From Octopus sinensis (Eukaryota): a stretch of DNA of 64,000 nt. Every line of letters starts with the position of its first letter. Within the stretch, counting starts at the first letter, position 1. The DNA lies in the NCBI RefSeq assembly GCF_006345805.1, contig NC_043025.1, positions 7,688,001 through 7,752,000 of the forward strand, given 5' to 3'. Made by a program: the position numbers and the translations under genes. This document shows, piece after piece, positions 11,630 through 22,637 of this stretch. The notes under the pieces were generated by a model. That model was not told the DNA's origin. It did no database searches and saw nothing but the letters and a program-made list of their open reading frames with translations.

Positions 11630-12590
11630 ATGAAGGATGTAGAGGTGGTAGTAGTAGCTGTAGTGATATCAGTGGTGACATTGCAGTGGTGTGGGTGCTA
11701 GTATAGTGGCGTTCGTAACTATTATGGTGAAGTGGCAGTTGCTGTAGTGGTTGGTAGTGGTATGATAGACGTAGAGGTAGTAGTGTTAGTAGCTGTAGTG
11801 ATATCAGTGGTGACATTGCAGTGGTGTGGGTGCTAGTATAGTGGTGTTCGTAACTATTATGAAGTGGCAGTTGCTGTAGTGGTATGATAGACGTAGAGGT
11901 AGTAGTGTTAGTAGCTGTAGTGGTGACATTGCAGTGGTGTGGGTGCTAGTATAGTGGTGTTCGTAACTATTATGGTGAAGTGGCAGTTGCTGTAGTGGTG
12001 TGGTAGTGGTATGATGGACTTAGAGGTAGTAGTAGCTGTAGTGATATCAATGGTGACATTGCAGTGGTGTGGGTGCTAGTATAGTGGTATTCGTAACTAT
12101 TATGGTGAAGTGGCAGTTGTTGTAGTGGTGTGGTAGTGGTATGATGGATGTAGAGGTAGTAGTAGCTGTAGTGATATCAGTGGTGACATTGCAGTGGTGT
12201 GGGTGCTAGTATAGTGGTGTTCGTAACTATTATGGTGAAGTGGCAGTTGCTGTAGTGGTGTGGTAGTGGTATGGTAGACGTAGAGGTAGTAGTGTTAGTA
12301 GCTGTAGTGATATCAGTGGTGACATTGCAGTGGTGTGGGTGCTAGTATAGTGGTGTTCGTAACTATTATGGTGAAGTGGCAGTTGCTGTAGTGGTGTGGT
12401 AGTGGTATGGTAGACGTAGAGGTAGTAGTGTTAGTAGCTGTAGTGATATCAGTGGTGACATTGCAGTGGTGTGGGTGCTAGTATAGTGGCGTTCGTAACT
12501 ATTATGGTGAAGTGGCAGTTGCTGTAGTGGTTGGTAGTGGCATGATAGACGTAGAGGTAGTAGTGTTAGTAGCTGTAGAGGTATCAGTGG
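11630..12590. repeat. GT-rich minisatellite, unit of about 130-136 bp, about 7 copies
   Basis: GACATTGCAG recurs at 11677, 11812, 11925, 12055, 12185, 12321, 12457. Confidence 0.9.
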
Positions 12591-12914
12591 TGATGTAGCA
12601 CTGGTGTTGCAGATGTTGTGGTGTGGTGTAGTGGCTGTGGTTGTGCAGGTGGTGGTGGGTAGTGGTATGGTGTATGTAGAGCTGGTAGTAGCTGTAGTGC
12701 TATCAGTGGTGGCAGCATAGCAGTGGTGTAGGTGCTAGTGTGGTGGTTGGTGGCCACTGTGAAAATCGTAGCTGTAGTGGTGTAGAATTTAGTAGTGCGG
12801 CTGCTAGTACTGGCAAGAATAGCATGTTGGTTGTAGTAGCTTAGTGGTATGTTTTTGCATGGTGTGGTTGTAGTTGTAATACTGTAATTACATTGACTAT
12901 TTTATTGTTTTCAG

Positions 12915-13016
12915 GATTCTGAAGACTTTTACCAAATGTCCCAAATTAAGATCCCAGACCTGTCCTCTGTTGGACTACTCAGGTATGGGAGACAGGTGGT
13001 GCCGGTATTACTGCGG
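12915..13016 (+). CDS. Exon 5: DSEDFYQMSQIKIPDLSSVGLLRYGRQVVPVLLR
   Basis: ttttcag acceptor, CGG|gtaagt donor, 102 nt phase 0. Confidence 0.85.
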
Positions 13017-13065
13017 GTAAGTTTTCGCTTTTTTCTCTTTTTCTTACCTTCACATCTTCTCAGAC

Positions 13066-14410
13066 AAGTTTATGGTCGAGTCTATGGCAGTGGGGACCTC
13101 TGGCATTCTTGGCCCCTGGGGCAGAGATTAAGATAGCGGTTGCTCCCCAACAGGTTTATGGTTGAACCTATGGCAGTGGAGACCTCTGGCATCCTTGGCC
13201 CCTGGGGCAGAGATTAAGATAGCGGTTGCTCCCCAACAGGTTTATGGTTGAACCTATGGCAGTGGAGACCTCTGGCATCCTTGGCCCCTGCGGCAGAGAT
13301 TCAGATATCGGTCACTCTCCAACGGGTTTATGGTCGAGCCTATGGCAGTGGAGACCTCTGGCATCCTTGGCCCCTGGGGCAGAGATTAAGATAGCGGTTG
13401 CTCCCCAACAGGTTTATGGTCGAACCTATGGCAGTGGAGACCTCTGGCATCCTTGGTCCCTGGGGCAGAGATTAAGATATCGGTCACTCTCCAACAGGTT
13501 TATGGTCGAGCCTATGGCAGTGGAGACCTCTGGCATTCTTGGCCCCTGGGGCAGAGATTAAGATAGCGGTTGCTCCCCAACAGGTTTATGGTTGAACCTA
13601 TGGCAGTGGAGACCTCTGGCATCCTTGGCCCCTGGGGCAGAGATTCAGATATCAGTCGCTCCCTGACAGGTTTATGGTCGAGCCTATGGCAGTGGAGACC
13701 TCTGGCATCCTTGGTCCCTGGGGCAGAGATTCAGATATCGGTCGCTCCCCAACAGGTTTATGGTTGAACCTATGGCAGTGGAGACCTCTGGCATCCTTGG
13801 TCCCTGGGGCAGAGATTCAGATATCAGTTGCTCCCTGACAGGTTTATGGTCGAGCCTATGGCAGTGGAGACCTCTGGCATTCTTGGCCCCTGGGGCAGAG
13901 ATTAAGATAGCGGTTGCTCCCCAACAGGTTTATGGTTGAACCTATGGCAGTGGAGACCTCTGGCATCCTTGGCCCCTGGGGCAGAGATTAAGATAGCGGT
14001 CGCTCCCTGACAGGTTTATGGTTGAACCTATGGCAGTGGAGACCTCTGGCATCCTTGGCCCCTGGGGCAGAGATTCAGATATCGGTCGCTCCCTGACAGG
14101 TTTATGGTTGAACCTATGGCAGTGGAGACCTTTGGCATCATTGGCCCCTGGGGCAGAGATTAAGATAGCGGTTGCTCCCTGACAGGTTTATTGTCGAGCC
14201 TATGGCAGTGGAGACCTCCGATATTCTCGGCCCCTGGACCATATCCCTATTGGGGCAGAGATTAAGGTATTGGTTGAGCCTGTGGCAGTGGAGACCTCTG
14301 GCATTCTTGGCCCCTGGACCATATCCCTGCTCATTGTTATTGGGGCGGAGATTAAGGTATTGGTTGAGCCTGTGGCAGTGGAGACCTCTGGCATTCTTGG
14401 CCCCTGGATC
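13066..14410. repeat. 86-bp minisatellite, about 14 copies plus rearranged terminal units
   Basis: TATGG anchor at 13071, 13157, 13243... Unit CAGGTTTATGGTCGAGCCTATGGCAGTGGAGACCTCTGGCATCCTTGGCCCCTGGGGCAGAGATT... Confidence 0.95.
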
Positions 14411-14419
14411 ACCGCAATC

Positions 14420-15195
14420 TTCACTACCACCACAATCTTTATCCCAACCATGACAAATGCGATAACAACCATTACAGCCATGACCACCACTACCACTGTC
14501 AGTGCAACTACTACAACAGTTACCACTGCTATGATGACGACGACGATGACCACTGCAATCTTGACCACCGCTACAGTTTTCATCACAACCATAGCAGTGG
14601 TAACACCACCACTACGACTACTACCACCAACACTGCAATGATGATGATGACCACTGACACCATGACCGCAAGCACCAGAATTGAACCTGCCACAATCATA
14701 ACCACCACAACTACCACCATTGCCACCTCCGCCATTACTACCACTACTAACATCAGCACCATTATCACCACCGCCAACACCATTATCACCACCACCACCA
14801 CCACCACCGCCAACACCATTATCACCGCCACTACCACCACCACCACCATTATCACCACCACCACCATTATCACTGCCACCACCACCACCATTATCACCAC
14901 CATCACCATCACCACCATTACCACCACCACCACCACCACCATTATCACCACCACCACCACCATTACCATCACCATTACCACCACCACCATTATCACCACC
15001 ACCATTATCACCACCACCACCATCACCACCATTACCACCACCACCACCACCATTATCACCACCACCACCATCACCATCATCACCACCACCACCATTATCA
15101 CCGCCAACACCATTATCACCGCCACCACCACCACCATTATCACCGCCACCACCACCACCATTATCACCGCCACCACCACCACCATCATTACCACT
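14420..15195. repeat. (ACC)n/(ACCATT)n trinucleotide microsatellite
   Basis: Directly visible. It explains the poly-T/poly-V/poly-P ORFs. Confidence 0.95.
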
Positions 15196-15219
15196 TTTAT
15201 CTTTTTTTTGTTATTTCAG

Positions 15220-15327
15220 TACATTCCAGATTGGTGTCCACCACTGAAGTTGCTACAGAAATGTCTCCATCAGGCTGACTGGAAGATGGCCATCACTATC
15301 ACTTTACACATGAAGCAGTTCTCTCAG
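15220..15327 (+). CDS. Exon 6: YIPDWCPPLKLLQKCLHQADWKMAITITLHMKQFSQ
   Basis: T-rich tract + ttcag acceptor, CAG|gtcagt donor, 108 nt phase 0. Confidence 0.85.
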
Positions 15328-15688
15328 GTCAGTTAGGAGCCAGCAACAGGTCTGTGTGTGTGCAGATAGCTGTATCGGTGCAGGCGTGGCCGTGTGGTTA
15401 AAGAGTTTGCTTCACAACCCGGCCATATGGTTCTGAGTTCAGTCCCCACCACTGCATGGCACCATGGGCAAGTGTCTTCTAACATAGCCTTGGGTTGACC
15501 AAAGCCTTGTGAGTGGATTTGGTAGACGGAAACTGAAAGAAGTCCATTGTGTGTCTGTGGGTATATATGTTCACTTGTATGTGACTGTATGTGTACATAT
15601 ATAGTTGCATATGTGTGTATGTATACATATATGTATATATATATATATTTCTGTACATCATACATATGCACTTTGTGTGTGTGTGTGT

Positions 15689-15739
<51 letters not shown>

Positions 15740-16279
15740 ATATATAAATAATCATCATCATTGTTTAATGTCTGCTTCCCATGCTAGCATGGGTTGGGCG
15801 ATTTGACTGAGGTCTGGCGAACCAGAAGGCTGCACCAAGCCCAGTCTGATCTGGCAGAGTTTCTACAGCTGGATGCCCTTCCTAATGCCAACCACTCTGA
15901 GAGTGTAGTGGTTGCTTTTGCGTGCCACCGGCACGAGGGCCAGTCAGGCGGTATGACCATATATTCTGATTGTTGGGGGTGCGTAAAATGGTATTACTAA
16001 AATGGACGTGACACCAAAATATACCCATTTCAAAGGGAACAATTCATTTTTTGAGATATATATATATCTGTGTGTGTATGTTTTTGTGTCTGTGTTTGTC
16101 CCACCACCACTTAACAACTGGTGTTGGTGTGTTTATGTCCCTGTCACTTAGCAGTTCGGCAAAAGGTAATGAAAAGATGCCAAGTATTGGGGTTGACTTG
16201 TTCAGCTAAAATCCAGTTCCTCTGGATGGCCACAGTCTAGTGACTGAAACCAGTAAAAGACATACATACGTATAGGCAT

Positions 16280-16319
<40 letters not shown>

Positions 16320-16323
<4 letters not shown>

Positions 16324-17400
16324 TCATCATCATTTAACGTCCGCTTTCCATGCTAGCATGGGTTGGACGGTTCAACTGGGGTCTGGGGAGCCCGAAAGCT
16401 GCACCAGTCCAGTCAGATCTGGCAGTGTTTCTACAGCTGGATGCCCTTCCTAACGCCAACCACTCCGAGAGTGTAGTGGGTGATTTTATGTGCCACCGAC
16501 ACAGGTGCCAGACGAGGCTGGCAAACGGCCACGCTCGGATGGTGTTTTTATGTGCCACCGACACAGGTGCCAGACGAGGCTGGCAGACGGCCACGCTCGG
16601 ATGGTGTTTTTATGTGCCACCGACACAGGTGCCAGACGAGGCTGGCAGACGGCCACGCTCGGATGGTGTTTTTATGTGCCACCGACACAGGTGCCAGATG
16701 AGGCTGGCAGACGGCCACGCTCGGATGGTGTTTTTATGTGCCACCGACACAGGTGCCAGATGAGGCTGGCAAACGGCCACGATCGGATGGTGCTTGTTAC
16801 GTGCCCACAGCACGGAGGCCAGTCGATGCGGTACTGGCTACGGCCACGTTCGGATGGTTTTCTTATGTGCCACGTGCCACTGGCACTGGTACCACAAGAT
16901 ACAAATTCCATTGATGTTCATCTATTTTGATTTGTTTTGATTTTCACTTGCCTCAACAGGTCTTCACAAGTGTCACAAGAAGGAAGGTATGCACAGGTGG
17001 ACTGACTACGTCCCAGGTAGGGGCCATGGGTTATGGCCTGACTATCTTGCCGGGTCTTCGGATGGTGTTTTTATGTGCCACCACCGACACAGGTGCTAGA
17101 TGAGGCTGGCGAACGGCCACGATCGGATGGTGTTTGTCATGTGCCCACCGCACTGACTACGGCACTGATGGATTTCTTGTGTGCCACAGGCACTGGTACC
17201 ACAAGATACAAATTCCATTGATGTTCATCTATTTTGTCTATTTTGATTTGATTTGATTTTCACTTGCCTCAACCGGTCTTCACAAGTGTCACAAGAAGGA
17301 AGGTATGCACAGGTGGACTGACTAGTCTTGCCGGGTCTTTGGAAGGTGTTTTTATGTGCCACCGACACAGGTGCCAGATGAGGCTGGCGAACGGCCATGA
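16320..17400 (-). mobile_element. Family D retroposon with five 62-bp tandem units (16490-16799) and a duplicated head segment
   Basis: GTGCCACCGAC at 16490, 16552, 16614, 16676, 16738. Confidence 0.85.
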
Positions 17401-17487
17401 TCGGATATATATATATATATATCAGAGAGAGAGAGAGATGTATGTCATTGTTACCTTGGTTACACTCTGCGAATGATCCATTTACAG

Positions 17488-17588
17488 GCTCTGGGCTTCC
17501 ATTTGATGCTGATCAGTGAAACTGTTGTTAACCTTGAGCAAGACCTTCTACTCCCCCTGTCCATCCAAGTTCTTGACTTCTATATCAG
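17488..17588 (+). CDS. Exon 7: ALGFHLMLISETVVNLEQDLLLPLSIQVLDFYI(S)
   Basis: ttacag acceptor, AG|gtatgt donor, 101 nt ending in phase 2. The split codon ag+c is completed by the next exon. Confidence 0.85.
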
Positions 17589-17599
17589 GTATGTATGTA

Positions 17600-18800
17600 T
17601 TCAATACACAGTATCGTGTGTGAGTGTGTGTTGCGTGTCTATATGCAGTGTCACATGTATACTTCTGTTTCTTTGGAAGTGTGCATGCGTCTATGTGTGT
17701 GCTGAGATGCATGTGTGCATATAATTGGTGTTTGTGGTTGTGTGTGTGTCTTCGCTTTGTGTGGTGGTGTGTGTGTGTGGTGGTAGTGGTGGTGTGTGTG
17801 ATGCATGGAGTGTGTGGAATGTGTGGTGGTAGTTGTGTGTGTGTGTGTATGTGGTGGAATGTATGTGATGCGTGGAATGTGTGGTGGTGGTGGTAGTGTG
17901 TATTTGACAGTGTGTTTGGTAGCATGTGTGTGGTGTGAAGTGTGTGGTGTAGTGTGTGTGTGTGTCTTAGCTGTGGTGGGGAGCACACACCTCCACCCCC
18001 ATCTCACTCTGCACTACTGTAAACCATGTCCCTTTATAAGCCACTCCATTCATTCCACCCCACAGCACTTTACTCTATACCATTCCAACACACTCCAGTG
18101 CCTCCACCTCCACTTCCCACCATGTCACTTCACATGGTTCCATGCCACTCCATACCATTTCATGTGACACCACTCCACAACACTTCATACCACTTAATTC
18201 CACATTGTACCACAATAGTCTATTCCTTTGCATTCCACTCCATTCCGCAACTCAACACTCCATGTTCCACTCTGGACCGTGTCGTGTCACCCTGTTCTGC
18301 TCCATGAGCAACCCTGTTCTGCTCCATGAGCAACCCTGTTCTGCGTGCCAACCTGTTCTGCTCCACATGCCCCTCTTTTGCTTCATGTACCACTTTCTTC
18401 AACTCCACATGTCACTCTGTCCTCCATGTGCTTCTCTGTTCTGCTCCATGTGCCACTCTATTCTGCTCCTTGTGCAACCCGTTTGTTCTGCGTGCCACCC
18501 TGTTCTGCTCCACACGCCCTTCTTTTGCTTCTTGTACCACTTTCTCCAACTCCACATGTCACTCTGTCCTCCATGTGCCTCTCTGTTCTGCTCCATGTGC
18601 CACTCTGTTCTGCTCCCTGTGCCACCCTGTTCCTTGTCTATGACACTCCAGTCCATGCCAACTCTTTTCTGCAATGCTCCACAGCACTCCATGCTGCTCC
18701 ATTCACACACCACACCACATGACTCCATTTCACATCACGTCCTAGCACTCCACAACAATGCTTTACACCCCAACTTACCATTCATGTGTCAAACTCCCTA
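17600..18800. repeat. (GT)-rich then CA-rich low-complexity tract, including two units of about 147 bp
   Basis: Direct reading. TCCACATGTCACTCTGTCC at 18404 and 18551. Confidence 0.8.
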
Positions 18801-18806
18801 TTGCAG

Positions 18807-18873
18807 CCGTCTCCTCAACCAAGAAATGTCATCTGTCCACAGAGATGGTTGTCTCCAGTTTGCCTTACTACAG
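18807..18873 (+). CDS. Exon 8: (S)RLLNQEMSSVHRDGCLQFALLQ
   Basis: ttgcag acceptor, CAG|gtgagt donor, 67 nt = 1 + 22 codons. Phases match both neighbours. Confidence 0.8.
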
Positions 18874-19365
18874 GTGAGTCGCATCATTCTTTCTCTGTGT
18901 GTTTGAGTTTGCAGTTCTACACATATTTCCACCGATAGAACAATGACACTGGAATCAAATGGTGTTGTTTGCTTGTACTGTACCATGATAGTAAGTTCAT
19001 GGTTCTTGAAATGTTTCAATGCATTGTACGGTCTTTAGAAGCAAAAGACTCCTTCATTTGGTGGTGTTTCTTGCCAGTTCTCTGCACAACCATAGGTTTG
19101 GTTATCGAGCGCCACTGTGTTGGATGACTATCCTGTCGTAGATACACCGAGCCAACTTCGTATTTGTTTATAAAATGACTGCTTAAGACTCCAAAATTTT
19201 TGACTAACACCAGTATAATAGCATAATACAGAATACTGTGTGTGACTTTTACCTGAGAATCTACCTTAAGAATGTAAAAATATGAAACACAGCTATGTGT
19301 AAGCCTATAGACTGGCTTATGACCAGACAGTCAGAACCAATTGTGGTCATAAGTTGACGATGACT

Positions 19366-19396
<31 letters not shown>

Positions 19397-19666
19397 CAGT
19401 CACCATGATAGATCGTTAGCCACTACACACATTTTTTTTCTCTCCTTGTTTTTTCTGTGTCCCTTTCTCTAGAAGAGCATAAGCTCGAAACGTAAAAGAC
19501 TTTTTCTATTCCTGAACGTGTGGTTGTGTGGTAAGAAGCTTATTTCCCAACCATGTGGTTCTAGATTTGGTCCCACTGCTTGGCACCTTGGACAAGTGTC
19601 TTCTACTATAGCCTTGGACTGACCAAAGCCTTGGGAGTAAAAAGCGTGTGTGTGTGTGTGTGTGTG

Positions 19667-19711
<45 letters not shown>

Positions 19712-19944
19712 TAATTAAGGGCTCCTAAATAAGGATGCCATGTGCTAGGGACACAAAAAAGGGATAAATTTATCCCCAAAAAGAGATAAATTTTTTGTGT
19801 CCCTAGCACTTGGCATCCTTATTTAGGAGCCCTTAATTATATTCTACATGAATAATATTTTTCTATATGAATAATATTTTGTCTAATGACTAATTCGTCC
19901 TTTGTGCTGGGCCACTGGTAGTAATCTATATTATTACCCTTTTG

Positions 19945-19984
<40 letters not shown>

Positions 19985-20113
19985 TATAGGTGTGACTGTG
20001 TGGTAAGAAGCTTCCTTCCCAATCACATGGTTCCCGGTGCAATTTCACTGCGTGGCACTTGCGCTATTGTCTTCTACTATAGCCTCAGGCCGATCAAACT
20101 GAGAGAAGCCTTT

Positions 20114-20153
<40 letters not shown>

Positions 20154-20687
20154 CGTGGCTGTGTTATAAGAATTTTGCTTCCCAACCACATGGTTCCGGG
20201 TTCAGTCCCACTGCATGGCACCTTGGTTAAATGTCTGCTGTAGCCTTGGGAGGACCAGGGCCTTGTGAGTGGATTTGGAAGACGGAAACTGAAAGAAGCC
20301 CATCATATATATGTATGGCTTCCCAGACCCCAGTTGAAACCGTCCAACCCATGCTAGCATGGAAAATGGACGTTAAACGATGATGATGATGTATGTAATA
20401 TGTGCGTGTGTATGTGTTTCATTGTGTCTGTTTGTTCCCTCCATCACTGCTTGACATCTGGTGTTGGTTTGTTCATGTCTCCACAACTTAGCAGTTTGGC
20501 AAAACAGACCAATAGAACAAATACAAGGCTTTAAGTCCTGGCGTCGATTTGTTTGACCAAAACCCTTAAAGGTGGTGCTCCAGCATGGCCGCATTTGAAT
20601 GACTGAAACCAGTAAAAAAAACAAGAGAATAATACCATTATTAATCTCTGACATTATGTTAAGCCCTGAATGACCTCTATTCGACAG

Positions 20688-20794
20688 ATACTGACCTTCT
20701 GGAGGAGACACTCTTTGCCATCCGATGCCTTAGAAAGGTTCTTTGACCAATATTTTGATGATTTTGCTCCCAATCTTGGTCTTCTGCTGCTAAG
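20688..20794 (+). CDS. Exon 9: ILTFWRRHSLPSDALERFFDQYFDDFAPNLGLLLL(R)
   Basis: cgacag acceptor, AG|gtaaga donor, 107 nt ending in phase 2. Confidence 0.85.
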
Positions 20795-20959
20795 GTAAGA
20801 ACTTCTTGCACTTTCACTCACCTCTGCTAAATTGGCCATTTGCTTCGTTAGTAAATCTGAAATTGCATGTTTACAATTAGTAGCTAATTCTAATATGATC
20901 TGACTTGCTTGTACTCATTAGTCTATGTTTGTTACTTGTGCTCATGACCCTGCGCTCGT

Positions 20960-22500
20960 TACCCTGTACTCATTAGCTTGCATTCGTTAGCTTGCATTCG
21001 TTAGCTTGCGCTCGTTAAACTATGCTTGTTAGCTTGCACTCTAGCTTGCACTCGTTAGCTTGTGCTTGTTAGCTTGCGCTCGTTAAACTATGCTCGTTAG
21101 CTTGCACTTGTTAACTTGTGCTTGTTAGCTTGCACTCGTTAGCTTGTGCTTGTTAGCTTGCGTTCGTTAGCTTGCACATGTTAGCTTGCGTTCGTTAGCT
21201 TGCGTTCATTAGCTTGCGCTCGTTAGCTTGCGCTCGTTAGCTTGTGCTCGTTAGCTTGTGGTCATTAAACTGCTCGTTAGCTTGTGCTCGTTAGCTTGCG
21301 CTCGTTAGCTTGCGCTCGTTAACTTGCGTTCGTTAGCTTGCGCTCGTTAGCTTGCGCTCGTTAGCTTGCACTCGTTAGCTTGCGTTCGTTAGCTTGCGTT
21401 CGTTAGCTTGCGCTCGTTAGCTTGCGCTCATTAGCTTGCGTTTGTTAGCTTGCGTTCGTTAGCTTGCACTCGTTAGCTTGCGCTTGTTAGCTTGCGCTCG
21501 TTAGCTTGCACTTGTTAACTTGTGCTTGTTAGCTTGCGTTCATTAGCTTGCACTCATTAGCTTGCACTCGTCAGCTTGAGCTCGCTAGCTTGCACTCGTT
21601 AAACTATGCTCGTTAGCTTACACTCGTTAAACTGTGCTCGTTAGCTTGAACTCATTAGCTTGAACTCATTAGCTTGCACTCATTAGCTTGTGCTCGTTAA
21701 ACTGTACTTGTTAGCTTGCACTTGTTAACTTGTGCTTGTTAGCTTGTGCTGCGCTCGTTAGCTTGCGCTCGTTAGCTTGCGCTCGTTAGCTCGCACTCGT
21801 TAGCTCGCACTCGTTAGCTTGCGCTTGGTAACTCGTGCTCATTAGCATGCATGTGTTATGTTCGTTAGCTTGCACGTGTTGACTTGTGCTCGTTAGCTTG
21901 CACTCATTAACCTGTGTTTGTTAACTTGCATAAATTAGCCTATGCTTGTTATCCTAAGCTCATTAGCCTGCACTCATTACTTTACACTAATTAGATTGCT
22001 TTCTTAAATCTGTGTTGCTTGCAGCTTTTGCTTGTTGACCTCCACTCAGTGTCTCTGCTTGTTGGCCTGCACTCAATGTATCTCTTTGTTAATCTGCACT
22101 CAGTCTCTGCTTATTAGCCTGTACTCAGTCAGTCCTTGTTAGCCTGCACTCATTGTCTCTCCTTGTTAGCCTGCACTCATTGTCTCTCCTTGTTAGCCTG
22201 CACTCATTGTCTCTCCTTGTTAGCCTGCACTCAGTCTGTCCTTGTTAGCCTGCACTCAGTCTGTCCTTGTTAGCCTGCACTCAGTCTGTCCTTGTTAGCC
22301 TGCACTCAGTCTGTCCTTGTTAGCCTGCACTCAGTCTGTCCTTGTTAGCCTGCACTCAGTCTGTCCTTGTTAGCCTGCACTCATTGTCTCTCCTTGTTAG
22401 CCTGCACTCATTGTCTCTCCTTGTTAGCCTGCACTCATTGTCTCTCCTTGTTAGCCTGCACTCAGTCTGTCCTTGTTAGCCTGCACTCATTAGCCTGCAC
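20960..22500. repeat. 14-bp satellite (CGTTAGCTTGCGCT)n grading into 25/27-bp units (GTTAGCCTGCACTCAGTCTGTCCTT)
   Basis: Direct reading. It fills most of the last intron. Confidence 0.95.
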
Positions 22501-22637
22501 TCATGACCCTGTATTAATCAGTCCACCTGTTAGTCTACACTCACCAGCTTGTCTTTAGTATCCTGCACTCATTGGTTTGTGCATGCAAGCCTCCACTCAC
22601 AAGTCTACACACATTTCACTCATTCTTTCTATTGTAG

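Noticed and set aside
13066-14410. CRISPR-like regular array
   Set aside because: Units are contiguous tandem repeats with no unique spacers and no cas genes, in a eukaryotic intron.
14200-15247. Mucin-like poly-Thr, poly-Val and poly-Pro ORFs
   Set aside because: (ACC)n microsatellite in intron 5. Only the last 36 codons of ORF 14638-15336 (15220-15327) are a real exon.
18142-18906. 254-aa Cys/His-rich ORF
   Set aside because: Low-complexity intronic repeat. Only 18807-18873 is exonic.
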